A stretch of 52,781 bases of DNA, counting the filler, from Stramenopiles sp. TOSAG23-6 (taxonomy: Eukaryota), in the NCBI GenBank assembly GCA_900128565.1. It is 2 parts of 2 records of this genome, joined end to end, with 100 filler letters (N's around TTAATTAATTAA, not from the genome) between each part and the next. Parts side by side here need not be neighbours in the genome. Positions count along the whole stretch, not along the records: positions 1 to 26,496 come from LT635986.1; 1 more part is not named here. The stretch is one strand, 5' to 3'. The position numbers and the translations under genes are program-made. Positions 12,601-22,220 of the stretch are shown here, piece after piece (position 1 is the first letter of the stretch; each line of letters opens with the position of its first letter). Below the pieces are notes generated by a model. The model made no database searches and had not been told where the DNA came from. It saw only the letters and a program-made list of their open reading frames with translations.

Positions 12601-12975
12601 GTTACCCAGGCGATTGACACCGTATAACCGAATAATTGGTACTGGTTTACCCTTATTTCCGGGTACTTCCCTTCCCTTGGCAGGATTCTCCGATAGTGCA
12701 CGTCCTGAATACATATCAATATCAACAGTTTGAAACGAAACTGAATACGTCTGTGTATTTATTACCGGCAACGCAGGTCGAGCCCAACACTGTCCATCTA
12801 TTTCTGCATCGTTGCCTTCACCATTTTTGAGAAAATCAGGTTGGGATAGTCGTGCTTCTTCAGCAGCAGCAGACACATTATCTACTTTGAACTTTTTCTT
12901 TGATCTTTGCGATACCTCTGGAGCTCTCTGCATGCGCTTGTTTTCTTTATTAGCCGTTGCAGTATCTGAGCTCAT
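9643..12975 (-). CDS. POLD1: DNA polymerase delta catalytic subunit
   Basis: Exo motif [35 protein letters not shown], and C-terminal CysA/CysB ([23 protein letters not shown]). Intronless. Confidence 0.98.
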   Translation of the reverse strand: MSSDTATANKENKRMQRAPEVSQRSKKKFKVDNVSAAAEEARLSQPDFLKNGEGNDAEIDGQCWARPALPVINTQTYSVSFQTVDIDMYSGRALSENPAKGREVPGNKGKPVPIIRLYGVNRLGNSVLAHVHGFTPYFYVQAPPGFKPEHTGPFRSALDSAVRERARGQPIPTYILGIQEEMKQSILGFHGRVKSKFLKIYVCMPNFVATARGIMQNGFAAPGHSFRKYQCYEANMPFLLRFMIDCDIVGCNWLELPKATYSMREKKDHLTLCQAEFDICFDSVISHKPEGEWMGLAPLRVLSFDIECMGRKNHFPEADKDPVIQIANIVTVQGEKTSMVRNVFTLKGCLPIVGAEVFSHETEQELLNNWTKFITAVDFDIITGYNIGNFDIPYLLNRAKALKIHNQFARWGRVIGRQCRMKETTFQSSAHGRRDSITTXIDGRVVFDMITYMRRNHKLSSYSLNSVSAHFLEQQKEDVHHSIISDLQRGSDADRRRLAVYCIKDAYLPQRLMDKLMVLVNHVEMARVTGVPLSFLLERGQQIKVLSMLYRKARTKNMLVPTVQRSANAGGADGYEGATVIEPKRAYYDTPIATLDFASLYPSIMMAHNLCYSTLVCAEDIHKLNPDQYEKTPTGDYFVKKEVKKGLLPTILEELLSARSQAKKDMKAATDPMVKXXQNGRQLALKISANSVYGFTGATVGQLPCLPISSSVTAFGRDMIQQTKEKVEEIYTIKNGHPXDAIVVYGDTDSVMVKFGVDTVKEAMDLGVKAAEICTKLFPSPVKLEFEKVYFPYLLMNKKRYAGLYWTRPDQWDKLDSKGIETVRRDNSGLVRNVVGKVLDKIIVQRDVEGAIAYTKHMISQLLQNKVDISLLVITKSLSKPIDSDEYKNKQAHVELARRMAQRDPSSAPVVGDRVPYVIVQKGKGARAFEKSEDPLYVLENDLPLDTQYYLENQLKKPLERIFSPIIENVSSLFAGDHTRTIKKALPKAKAGGIMMFAVKKDKCISCKAXLPSGWTKKNGHFCKHCSGNEVQTYTEKLSNLHDLETRFSRLWSQCQRCQGSLHQDVLCSNKDCPIFYMRKKVRKDLKVAHADMKKFGSVKNSLDNGSSDW

Positions 12976-13367
12976 TCCTCAATGTTATATTATGCTCGAT
13001 GTNTGAATTTGCTTCACAGTTAACACGCCGTGTGATTTTAATCAGTTTCCCTCTGTCCACAGAGTGAATGCAATGACACTCTTGGCTTCTTGTGAAAACA
13101 TCATCCATCAAAATTTAGCGCGATTTCGATTTTTGTTCTTTTTTTCGTTTTGAATTTTGACCGACTTCTTCTTGAGTCGGGACTTGACTAACTTTTGTCG
13201 GAAGTATACCGAAGTCTACTATGGCACTAGTGCCGTTTGGTATCTTTTTGTTACCCAAGAAACACAAAACTAGTACAGTGTTTCAGAGGGGAAAGAATTT
13301 CTCATTTGGCGACTATAAGTAATTGATACAGAATCCTGTAAATCACTTTCTGATTACATGTGTTGAA

Positions 13368-13919
13368 ATGTCAACTGATAGTCCTAGAGGGTGTGGAAAT
13401 TTGGTTACACAAGGTGTCTCTCCACTTGGTTATGAACTTGCACAACGTGGCGTTTTCGATCATACTCCGGGCCATTGCTGTTGTCCTTATCTTTGTCCCG
13501 GAGCAAAACAAATAGATCATGATATTTTAAAGAATCGATATAAAACACTCGAGGGTCAAAAGTTGTGTAAATTCATTCTTTCAGATTTATGGGGGAAAGA
13601 AGTTTCTTCTTGGCTTGTTCCAATATGTCATCCCGAAAAAGTTCGAGGGTTTTGTGGTTCGAGTGGCCGTTACCGAACACATATTACTAGCAAACCAGTT
13701 ACACCAGGAAAGTATTACCTCAGTGCAACGCACAAGAGCGATAAAATATATGGGCATGTCCTCCTTGATATAACTGAAGGCGAAACTACGTATGCTTTAT
13801 ATGAATGGGGAACTCCTTTTTTCTGGAAAGGTAATCTTACCCAAGTAACTCACGATGAAGTATATAATATAAAATATTCTGATGGGAGTATGAGCTACCA
13901 AGGTACAAGCAATGCGTAA
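13368..13919 (+). CDS. Hypothetical protein
   Basis: About 183-aa Cys/His-containing ORF from the first ATG. No family recognised. Confidence 0.55.
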   Translation: MSTDSPRGCGNLVTQGVSPLGYELAQRGVFDHTPGHCCCPYLCPGAKQIDHDILKNRYKTLEGQKLCKFILSDLWGKEVSSWLVPICHPEKVRGFCGSSGRYRTHITSKPVTPGKYYLSATHKSDKIYGHVLLDITEGETTYALYEWGTPFFWKGNLTQVTHDEVYNIKYSDGSMSYQGTSNA

Positions 13920-14013
13920 TGATCATATTTTGGGATAGAATAGATAGTCTCATCGAAAATTTATTAATTTTTCAAATTATTTCAAAGCAATAAAAATTGG
14001 TTTCTATATATTA

Positions 14014-15636
14014 TTATTTTGACGTTTGTAGTTTTTTCTTTCTTTGTTTCCACCATATTTTAGCCGTCGCCCATTTGTTTTTTTTATCATTTGTAAATCC
14101 TNCGTGACGTTTAGAATTTTCCGTGTTAGGTATATCAACTGTTTGTATATCTGNTGTGTTCTTTTCCACATGGCCTTTTAAAGGTTGATTTTNCTTTGGT
14201 TCTTTTGCTATATTTTCCCTAAAAGATTGATCTTGTATTGGTTCTTCTTCCACCTGTTCTTTTAAAGCTTGATCTTGTATTGGTTCTTCTTCAACCTGTT
14301 CTTTTAAAGCTTGATCTTGTAGCGGTTTTTCTTCCACCTGTTCTTTTAANGTTTGATCTTGTAGCGGTTTTTCTTCCACCTGTTCTTTTAAAGTTTGATC
14401 TTTCATTGGTTCTTCTTTCACATGTTCCCTTAGGGATTGATCTTGGATTGGTTCTTTTTCTACATTTGCTTCTAAAATTTTCATTACTTTTTTTTTCAAA
14501 TTAATTGGTCTTGGAGGTAATGGTGGGACCGAATTTAACAAATTAATGAAGCGCAGTAATTTAAGATGAGAATCACTTTGACCAAACGCTGTCATATCCT
14601 TGCCACCATATTCTATTGACAAGTTTTGTTCGTCTACTAACTCTAACAGAACTTTCTGCATATCTTTTCTTGATCGTACTATAATCAAGTTTTCCTTTAG
14701 TTTTTTATCAATCATTGGCGAAATTAATTTCCAAAGTAGATTGAACGTCCTTGGGGTATTCACTATAACGGTTTTATTCATACCCTTTTTCGGATAATGG
14801 TTACTTATGACATTGTTAAAGTATTGGATGATTTTCCTATTTCTTGCTACATTGGATATAAATTCTCTTATTTTTAGNCCTTTCAAATCTAAAATAGAGA
14901 GAGCACCACCATCTCCACCAGCATCAAGAAAGTTATAAAAGTATTCACAAACGAAAATTTCATATTTTGCTAAATCAGCAAGAGTAAATGGAGAGTTCTT
15001 TAAACTTTGAAAACTTAATTGGCCGACTTTTACACTCCAAATATGCCCTCCAGTTTTGGTTTTCTTCCCTATTTCTGATGGATAAAGTTCTTTTATTGCA
15101 TGAAAATCATTATACGGAATTTTCATCAAGTTATCGACGCCTGTGGCCCTCCGCCAACTCATTGTTTCCTTGTGACGTTTTTCCGCTTCACTCTTTGGAC
15201 TTTCAAATAGGAAGCAACCTAATAGCACATCTTCCATGACCAAAGTCGAGTTTTTGGGATCTTGTGTAAAAGTATTATTCAAAGGATTTTCATGCTTACT
15301 TGGTTTTGAATCAATTTTTTCTACATCCTTATTGCTTGTATATGGTCTAGCTGGGGGTAAACGTCCATTCGGATGCAGTGGTTGTGAAGAATTACTATCA
15401 AACAAATTAGATTTTTTCTCGTCATTTACAAAAGTAGTATTTTTTTGTACGTTTTTATGCTTATCAATACAACTCTTGAGTACATCTATATTGGGCCTAA
15501 TAGGTACAGTTGGAATAGTGGAAAAAGGTAGTTTTGTGAGCTCTATTTTGAATTCCTGATTTCCGTTGACACTCTTTTGAGTTGTCTCTGGAACTAAAAC
15601 CCCGTCAGCTACAACGGTGCCTACTATTTGTGGCAT
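14014..15636 (-). CDS. CRAL-TRIO/Sec14-domain lipid-binding protein with C-terminal repeats
   Basis: ILDLKxL...NHYP...IVNTPRTFNLLWKLISPMIDKKLKENL...NLSIEYGG is the Sec14 signature. Confidence 0.85.
   Translation of the reverse strand: MPQIVGTVVADGVLVPETTQKSVNGNQEFKIELTKLPFSTIPTVPIRPNIDVLKSCIDKHKNVQKNTTFVNDEKKSNLFDSNSSQPLHPNGRLPPARPYTSNKDVEKIDSKPSKHENPLNNTFTQDPKNSTLVMEDVLLGCFLFESPKSEAEKRHKETMSWRRATGVDNLMKIPYNDFHAIKELYPSEIGKKTKTGGHIWSVKVGQLSFQSLKNSPFTLADLAKYEIFVCEYFYNFLDAGGDGGALSILDLKXLKIREFISNVARNRKIIQYFNNVISNHYPKKGMNKTVIVNTPRTFNLLWKLISPMIDKKLKENLIIVRSRKDMQKVLLELVDEQNLSIEYGGKDMTAFGQSDSHLKLLRFINLLNSVPPLPPRPINLKKKVMKILEANVEKEPIQDQSLREHVKEEPMKDQTLKEQVEEKPLQDQXLKEQVEEKPLQDQALKEQVEEEPIQDQALKEQVEEEPIQDQSFRENIAKEPKXNQPLKGHVEKNTXDIQTVDIPNTENSKRHXGFTNDKKNKWATAKIWWKQRKKKLQTSK
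14226..14460 (-). repeat. 39-bp coding tandem repeat (EEPIQDQALKEQV-like, about 6 copies)
   Basis: Repeated ttgatcttgtattggttcttcttccacctgttcttttaa-type units. Confidence 0.9.
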
Positions 15637-15855
15637 ATTTAGTATTGCGTAAGAAGACGTAGTATAGTTACAGTAGAAGTTTCACAAGCAGTTGTTGTTT
15701 ATAAAAAAGTTCCTATCGCCGGTTTTTTTTACGGTTACAAAAAAATAAACAAAAAGAGTGTTACTAACCTACTACTATCACAAATCGTAGTATAATACTA
15801 CAAATAAATAGTACAATTTTCCACTAATTTGCATAGAAACTAACTCGATAGCGTG

Positions 15856-16941
15856 ATGGGTAAGAAAAAGGGCAAGAAAGCAGCAAAAGGTCCAGTGGTG
15901 AGTGGACCAAGTGTTGAAGTTTTAGAGCAAAACTACAAAACTTCGTGTAAAAATATTGGTGCAAGTCAAGAGGCAGTGGTACTTAAAAACTTTAGTGGTG
16001 GTGGCGAAGAAGATGGAAAAGGAGGTGTATTTTCACAGCTTAATATCGGTGAATGTAATCTTAAAGCATTAGGCGTGCGAGCATTGGTGTCCGCTATCCT
16101 TGGGAAAGGAGATGGAATGTCCGGAGAAACGTACGAAAATCTCTTAGCAATTCGTTTATGGAGTTGCAATATTGGTGATGACGGAGCTGTTGCAATTGGA
16201 GACCTATTTAGGAACGGTGGAAGTTCCATTCGCATAGCCATGTTGGAATTACAAGATAATAATATTGGTCCTCAGGGTGCAAAATCGTTGGGAAGTTCAC
16301 TTGGTAAGTCAGGATATGGACTTTTGACACGATTGGTACTAGATAACAATATAACTCTTGGAGCAAATGGAGGTCAGGGGTGCATAGAGCTTTGTAAAGG
16401 GCTTTCCACAAATTGCAGTATAAAAAAATTGTCACTGGGACATTGCAAACTTCCCCCTCAAAGTGGACATGGACTAGCAAGAGTCCTTGGTAATAAAGGT
16501 TCGGTACTGGAAGATCTTCATCTCCCCCATAATGATCTGGGTCCTGATGGACTACTAGCAATATCCCAGGTTCTTAAAAAAAATTCGACATTAAAACGAC
16601 TCAATCTTTTTGATAATAAACTTGGCGAAAAATTTGACTCGGAGCATAAGTGCACCGGAGAAGAAGACGATGATGGTTCACAATCAACGTTTAATGTACT
16701 AGCTGAGGCCCTAGCTGTGAATACTTCACTCGAGTTCTTAGACATCGATCAGAATCACATGAACTTACCCGATGTTGAAGCTTTGAAAGAATCATTATCA
16801 CAAAATAAAACTTTATCTGTTTTTCTTGTTGATCATAACTTACCTGCTGAAGTCTTTGCTGCCCTAGGGAGAGATGGATCATCTGGAAAGAAAAAGGGAG
16901 GAAAGGGGAAAAAGAAGAAAGGAAAAAAAAAGAAAAAGTAG
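15856..16941 (+). CDS. RNI-like leucine-rich repeat protein with Lys-rich termini
   Basis: Repeated LxxLxLxxNxIGxxGA units, with KKKGKK ends. Confidence 0.85.
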   Translation: MGKKKGKKAAKGPVVSGPSVEVLEQNYKTSCKNIGASQEAVVLKNFSGGGEEDGKGGVFSQLNIGECNLKALGVRALVSAILGKGDGMSGETYENLLAIRLWSCNIGDDGAVAIGDLFRNGGSSIRIAMLELQDNNIGPQGAKSLGSSLGKSGYGLLTRLVLDNNITLGANGGQGCIELCKGLSTNCSIKKLSLGHCKLPPQSGHGLARVLGNKGSVLEDLHLPHNDLGPDGLLAISQVLKKNSTLKRLNLFDNKLGEKFDSEHKCTGEEDDDGSQSTFNVLAEALAVNTSLEFLDIDQNHMNLPDVEALKESLSQNKTLSVFLVDHNLPAEVFAALGRDGSSGKKKGGKGKKKKGKKKKK

Positions 16942-17042
16942 TCAGAATATTTGTTTATTGTTTTCGTTGTTTCACTTTTTATAATAAATTCTATAGTGTA
17001 CGTATTCAATTTTTACTGCAATATTACTACAATATTACAATA

Positions 17043-19096
17043 TTACAGTCTTGAAACAAGAAGGTTCTGCTTTCTTCCCAACTGACTTTCTTTANTGTGT
17101 TTACGGACAGTCGCTTTGATCTCTCTTGCCCAGACTTTGCGTTTGTTACCTGATAGTGGAGCTCTCAGCCAGGTAAAATGATTTCGGGGAAGTTTCTTTA
17201 ACTCATCAATAACAGGAGTTGATATTATGGGTACACCTGCACGCTGGATTGTTTCTTCAAACTTTGCTGGATGTGCTGTCAGTACAGCAACAGTTGGAAT
17301 ATTTGTATTAGTTGACTTACATNGAAATTTGTCAAGTGCAAAAATTCCAATGTACCATGAAAAATATATTTTATGTTGGACATTGGTTAGTGATGGAATT
17401 TGGAATTAAAAAAAAAATGAATTAAAATGATGAAAACATACATGGCAGAATGTGGGCAAAGTATATATTGGTTTTCTCTGAATACTTTTCTAATAGTAGC
17501 CAGAGTGTCAGTATCAGATACAGCAATTGCTGTGAAAATATCCTGTAATTTCTCTAATAAAATATTTCCTAATTGAACGCCGCGATTTTGTTCAAATTCT
17601 GTCATTATATATTTTACTTGTCTTGAGTTGTGACCACTTGCAAAATATAAGTATTGTGAAACATATAAAAAAAAATAAAATATTTGTTAGGTACGAAATT
17701 TTCAGATGCAAAAAAAAAGTTTGAAATTCAATTTTGAAAACAAACAAAACTCTTTCTAAATTGTATGCAAATTGTATATCCATAGCGGGTGACTCTGTTT
17801 TCTGATTAATACCAAACGACATATCGCCAAAAGTAAGTGTTCTATATACAACATCATTAGCATTCGTTGCACAACAAATATTTCCTATTGGAACGCCCAT
17901 GCACTTGGCTAAAAATCCACCCATTGCATTTCCCATGGCTCCAGAGGGAATAATAAAGTTCACAGGTCCATTTGCTTCCTTGTTCATCTGAGTGTAGACC
18001 CAAACATAGTATGAACTCTGCGCCATAATGCGGGCCCAATTAATTGAATTTATAGAACAAACATGTAGTGGGAAAAAAAAAAATGTGTAAAAAATGTTAC
18101 GTACGAAATTTGGTACAAACAAAAAAANTTCGAAATTCAATTTTGAAAACGAACATTGTGTGAAGAAGTAAATTCCGAGTCTAGAAATATCTCTTTTAAC
18201 GCTTCCGCTTGTTCGTCAGTATTNCCTTCCGTACGAAAAACGTGAACATTAGGACTGTCTACAGTTGTCAGCTGCATTTCTTGTACGGAAGTATTGTGAA
18301 AAATATTTTTTCTTTGAATAAAAAGTTTGTTAGGTACAAAATTTGGTACAAAAACAAATTAGGCAAAAAATCCAATTTTGAAAATGTACAAGAAACTCNT
18401 TGATGAGGATAAAGACAGAATATTGAAACAAAAGGGCAATTTTTCACTGCAGCGACAGCTGCTGGTCCTGTATCTCCGGAAGTCTCTACGATGATTGTCG
18501 CTTGACCGTTTCTTTTTTGAAGATAATAATTGAGCAACTGAAAATATTGTGTACAAAATGTAAACTATAAAAACAGATAAAAACAGTTCTGTTATAAAAT
18601 ATTGCGCTCTTGATGAATTGTACAATAAACAAAATACGCAACGATTTGCTGGCCTATGTCTTTAAATGCGAGTGTTGGGCCTCTACCAGTGTCAAGCATC
18701 ACCCTTCCACCAACTTTCAACAGAGGTAAAGGAGGTTCACAACCACCGTTAAAAGTTTGAAATCCGGCTGTTGTCATTTTCAGGCAATCATGGAGAGGTA
18801 TANCCGTAAACTTGTGAATGGTTTGTGCACAAACCTGAGCCTTTGATGTAAATAAAACATGTAGTTTAGAAGTTAGAAACGTTATTTCATTGAAGAAATT
18901 AAAATATTGTAGAAACAATACTTACCATTGTGTACTTTTGGGCTGCCCAGTTTCTGAGCTCAGTAAGTGTGTAGAAAGGCAAAGTTTCTGGTACATAAAG
19001 ACCTCCATCTGAGGCATATGCGGAAAGCAATACCTTCTCAAATGATGTACCCCTGTCGCCACCTCTGGTGGAACAAAATAAAGGTGGGAAAGACAT
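17043..19096 (-). CDS. thrC: Threonine synthase; 7 exons, 1 canonical and 5 non-canonical or diverged introns
   Basis: STRG, ASDGGLYVP, GPTLAFKD (PLP lysine), ETSGDTGPAA, LYP..VS.VQE.Q.TT, SINSINWARI, PSGAMGN, SPAMDI..YNLER, CPHSA.G, TAHPAKF. Ends ...LLVSRL-stop. Confidence 0.93.
17350..17441 (-). mobile_element. Diverged non-canonical intron (92 nt, GT...CAT)
   Basis: GCC AT|GTATGTTTT...CACTAAC...CATGGTACAT|T GGA gives CPHSA-IG. The palindromic core is lost, while the ends and CTAAC are kept. Confidence 0.85.
17649..17745 (-). mobile_element. Non-canonical intron (97 nt, GT...CTT, TT/TT direct repeat)
   Basis: GTT TT|GTTTG...CGTACCTAAC...CACAATACTT|A TAT gives NLERV-L-YF. Confidence 0.87.
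18063..18154 (-). mobile_element. Non-canonical intron (92 nt, GT...CAT)
   Basis: CAC AAT|GTTCG...CGTACGTAAC...CACTACAT|GTT TGT gives HN-VCSINSINWAR. Confidence 0.87.
18289..18389 (-). mobile_element. Non-canonical intron (101 nt, GT...CTT, TT/TT direct repeat)
   Basis: TCT T|GTACATT...TTTGTACCTAAC...CACAATACTT|CC GTA gives YPHQxVS-S-VQEMQLTT. Confidence 0.87.
18542..18637 (-). other. Intron with uncertain boundaries (96 nt GT...TTT, or 105 nt GT-AG at 18538-18642)
   Basis: An intron is required between KDIGQQI and LLNYYL. Both boundary choices are in frame. Confidence 0.6.
18841..18925 (-). other. Canonical GT-AG spliceosomal intron (85 nt)
   Basis: ATG|GTAAGT...TTCTAAC...CAAAG|GCT CAG, in frame and unrelated to the repeat family. 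Confidence 0.88.
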
Positions 19097-19409
19097 TTCA
19101 ATAAATAATGTCGGATAGAAGAGAGATGAAGAAAGTGACGGTCTTGAAAGTGACGGTCAAGGTCGTTCAAAAAAAGGTCAAAGTTTAACAGCGACAGGTT
19201 TGTTTCGAGATTAGAATTCTTGGTACGAATTTCTCTAGTTAAACTGATTTAGATTATTTATAGCAGTCAAGTGGTTGATACTATACGGACAACCTTACCT
19301 ACCACAACCGTTTAACCTTTTATACTGACAGTTTGATAAAATAAAGAGCAAAGTTATTGTACAACATTGCAATCTGGAGAGCGCTTTCTCGTGAAAAGCT
19401 AACTATAAA

Positions 19410-20264
19410 ATGCCTAGATTAATTCGATTTCGTAATCCACCTCCAAAATTAGTTGTCACTGTTGATGAAGAGAATACAAAACCTCCGCTGCCTCCTTCAA
19501 GCCCAGTTAATATTGAACGTCATCAGCAAGAGATACGAAAGCAAGAATTCTGGAAAACAATGGATGATGTCGCAGCTATTTATTCCCCTATTATTACAAA
19601 AAACCGTTATCGGACATATGAAACTAGTAGTCCAATGAGTGAAAGTGGGAGTTTTTCAACCACATCAACAACACCAACAAGTGTCTTGAATTCCTTTGAA
19701 AGATCTGCACCTTCTTCGCCAGTATATGCTCGCCAATCTTTTGTAGATGAGAAACGACCGAATTTAAATTATGTTGCTTCCCCAGTCATGTATAACCAAA
19801 CGTGCTTGCGTTGTATTCCTGAGATACTTGAAGAAGATTCAGTCATAGAACCTTCGAGAAGACGTCAGGGTTCAACGGATTCTGTGAGCTCTCAAGAACT
19901 TCCCTTTGACGTTGGTACAATATCCCCCTTATCTGCGGGTAAAGGCAGTAACATTACCAANATTGATGCTACTCTAGATGGCCCAATGGTACCAAGTTAT
20001 TCTTCAGTAGAAAAAGTGTATAGTAGAAAAAGTAGCGAGGGACGGCTCGATGATTCACTCGGAACAGCTTTCAAAAATTCGCACAGCCTGCGGAAGTGCC
20101 TGGAACTCGCCATGCGCACAGCAATAGAAGATAGGGATGTTACTGAGATGTGGGATGTTATAAAGGGGGCACAATATATAGGAATGTTTGATACAGCGAA
20201 AAAAGGATTTCAAATCCTGGATGATTGGAGACGTGGGGAAAAGGTTGAAGAGGCAATTGTTTGA
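19410..20264 (+). CDS. Hypothetical Ser/Pro-rich protein
   Basis: 284-aa ORF with an ATG in aaaATG context and a helical C-terminus. No family recognised. Confidence 0.65.
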   Translation: MPRLIRFRNPPPKLVVTVDEENTKPPLPPSSPVNIERHQQEIRKQEFWKTMDDVAAIYSPIITKNRYRTYETSSPMSESGSFSTTSTTPTSVLNSFERSAPSSPVYARQSFVDEKRPNLNYVASPVMYNQTCLRCIPEILEEDSVIEPSRRRQGSTDSVSSQELPFDVGTISPLSAGKGSNITXIDATLDGPMVPSYSSVEKVYSRKSSEGRLDDSLGTAFKNSHSLRKCLELAMRTAIEDRDVTEMWDVIKGAQYIGMFDTAKKGFQILDDWRRGEKVEEAIV

Positions 20265-20607
20265 CTTTGCCTCGATGTCAATTGTAAAGGTTTCTTATGT
20301 ATTTCACTATTTAATTATAAAATTACTTCAATGTATTCAATGTATAGTTTATACCAATATTATGATAAATTATCGTACATAGCAATATAAAATAAAATGT
20401 GCAAATAACAAAACTGAGTCTATTTTTAGTATTTTTACTTTATAGTTTTGTGTCGTTACCCTTCACACAGAATTACACTTCATACTAGCATAGCAATGCA
20501 CTAGACGACTACATTGATCACATATGAAGTGTATAAGATACATAAACATCTCCTTATTTGGTATGAATCAAGCTCTTTCAACTATGACCCTGTAGCTCTT
20601 TGGTGTT

Positions 20608-20910
20608 TTATTTTGTTTCTTCAAGATTCTTCATCCGCAACTTCAACTCAGCTAATTGCTGCCGCAAGACGTCTTGCTCTGTTGCAACATCTTTGCTAAG
20701 CAAAAGAATGCTTTCAGTCATTATGCTATGGCCTCTAGAAAAGTGATCATATATGTAAGTATACGCCAGAAGTGAAGAAATCGTAAATCCAAAAGCAAAA
20801 CCCGAAACTTTGCCTCCAAAACTACTTTTTGCAATGGAGCTGCTGAAAGATCGACCGGTGGACACCGTTCTATACAGAAGGGGGCTGCGACGTACCAAAC
20901 TGACTATCAT
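20608..20910 (-). CDS. Small putative mitochondrial membrane protein (presequence, one TM, coiled coil)
   Basis: Arg/Ser-rich acid-free N-terminus (RSFSSS), GFAFGFTISSLLAYTYIY TM segment, C-terminal heptads. Confidence 0.6.
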   Translation of the reverse strand: MIVSLVRRSPLLYRTVSTGRSFSSSIAKSSFGGKVSGFAFGFTISSLLAYTYIYDHFSRGHSIMTESILLLSKDVATEQDVLRQQLAELKLRMKNLEETK

Positions 20911-21214
20911 TTAAATCTAATACGTGTTTTGAGAAACAGCTGTTATATATCTATAGTAACTTCGTCTGTTTGAGATTGGCGAAGACCTTTTAGTGCGTGT
21001 GTATTTACTTTTTTCCTTGCTCTTTTTTTCTCAAGTGCCATTTTTTGACAGTTTTGTGAGATGGCCACCCAAAACCCCGGTAACGTTTAAAATCCGTGAC
21101 TGACTTTCTTGTTGTTTGTAATTATACCTGCGTTATCTACCTGCGTTATACCATAGTAATATAATTTTGCTGTGATTTTCTCTTCTATCCATTGATTGAT
21201 AACAAATATTCACA

Positions 21215-21985
21215 ATGAAATACATTAAAAGGTTAAACCTACTAGTTTTTGGTGTTGTTTTTATCTCCATTATAAAAACTGCTTGCTCTAGTGGTTCTGG
21301 TGATGAAATTCCTGGAGTGATAGAAGATTCTGAAACTTTTTCCCATGAACTTTCTTCTCTCAAACCTTTACCGCCAACCGAGAACGACAAAGAATCACAA
21401 AGCCCGCGTACAAGTGTAATAGATGTTAAAGTAGATAAAAGCGTCCCCATTCCCGACAATTATTACGATTCTATTACATATGAAATATTAACTGACCCAG
21501 TGAGTACTAGAAGAAGCGCTGAAAATGTACCTGTCCTTAATAGAAGCACTTTGTTACGTGTTTTACGCGAATCTCAGAAAAGAAATCCGCCTCTTATGTC
21601 TGCAAAACATCCATTTACCCAAGAGTCTTATACTATGATGGATATAGAGCGTGCTCACAATTTAAGAGAAGAAATCCGAATTTTTTTTCAAGAGAACGCT
21701 ATGGTTGAAGAGTATGAAAAGGCTCAATCGCAAGAAAGGCAAGAAAGGCTTACACGAGAGCAAGAAAGGCTTACACGAGAATATGGAAGACCAGAAAGAA
21801 ATCTACGATATGGAATACCAGTTTATGGAATACCAGATGATGTAATAGTAGATTATGAAATACCAGAAAGACTCTACCGGATGTTAAGACGTCGAGGTCA
21901 AATAACTCGTCTTTTTTTCTTTCTTCTAATAGCGTTGAATGGTATATTTCTTATATGTTATTTTTGTTGGTATATTAGTNCATAA
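21215..21985 (+). CDS. Signal-peptide + U-box-like domain + C-terminal TM protein
   Basis: Hydrophobic N-terminus; IPDNYYDSITYEILTDPV...NRSTL...HPFTQE resembles the U-box consensus; C-terminal LFFFLLIALNGIFLICYFCWY. Confidence 0.7.
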   Translation: MKYIKRLNLLVFGVVFISIIKTACSSGSGDEIPGVIEDSETFSHELSSLKPLPPTENDKESQSPRTSVIDVKVDKSVPIPDNYYDSITYEILTDPVSTRRSAENVPVLNRSTLLRVLRESQKRNPPLMSAKHPFTQESYTMMDIERAHNLREEIRIFFQENAMVEEYEKAQSQERQERLTREQERLTREYGRPERNLRYGIPVYGIPDDVIVDYEIPERLYRMLRRRGQITRLFFFLLIALNGIFLICYFCWYISX

Positions 21986-22220
21986 NAAATCCAATAAAAT
22001 GATTTCTTCGTATTTATACTCTTTATCAAAGTTAATCCAAACCCATGGATGAAGAATGGTGTGAGATTACGTGCTTCATTAATAATTGTACATTTTTTAT
22101 ATTTTTGGTAAATATTAAAAAAAATATTTTCATTATTAATAATATATATAATAATACTGCGTTATTACTTGAGAGAAACCCCGTCCTTTCGCTTATACCT
22201 GTGTTTGAAAGCTACAAATT

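Noticed and set aside
18228..18246. Element-like GTTTTTCGTACGGAA in a thrC exon
   Set aside because: It encodes NVHVFRTEG, which aligns with normal threonine synthase sequence, so it is probably coincidental.
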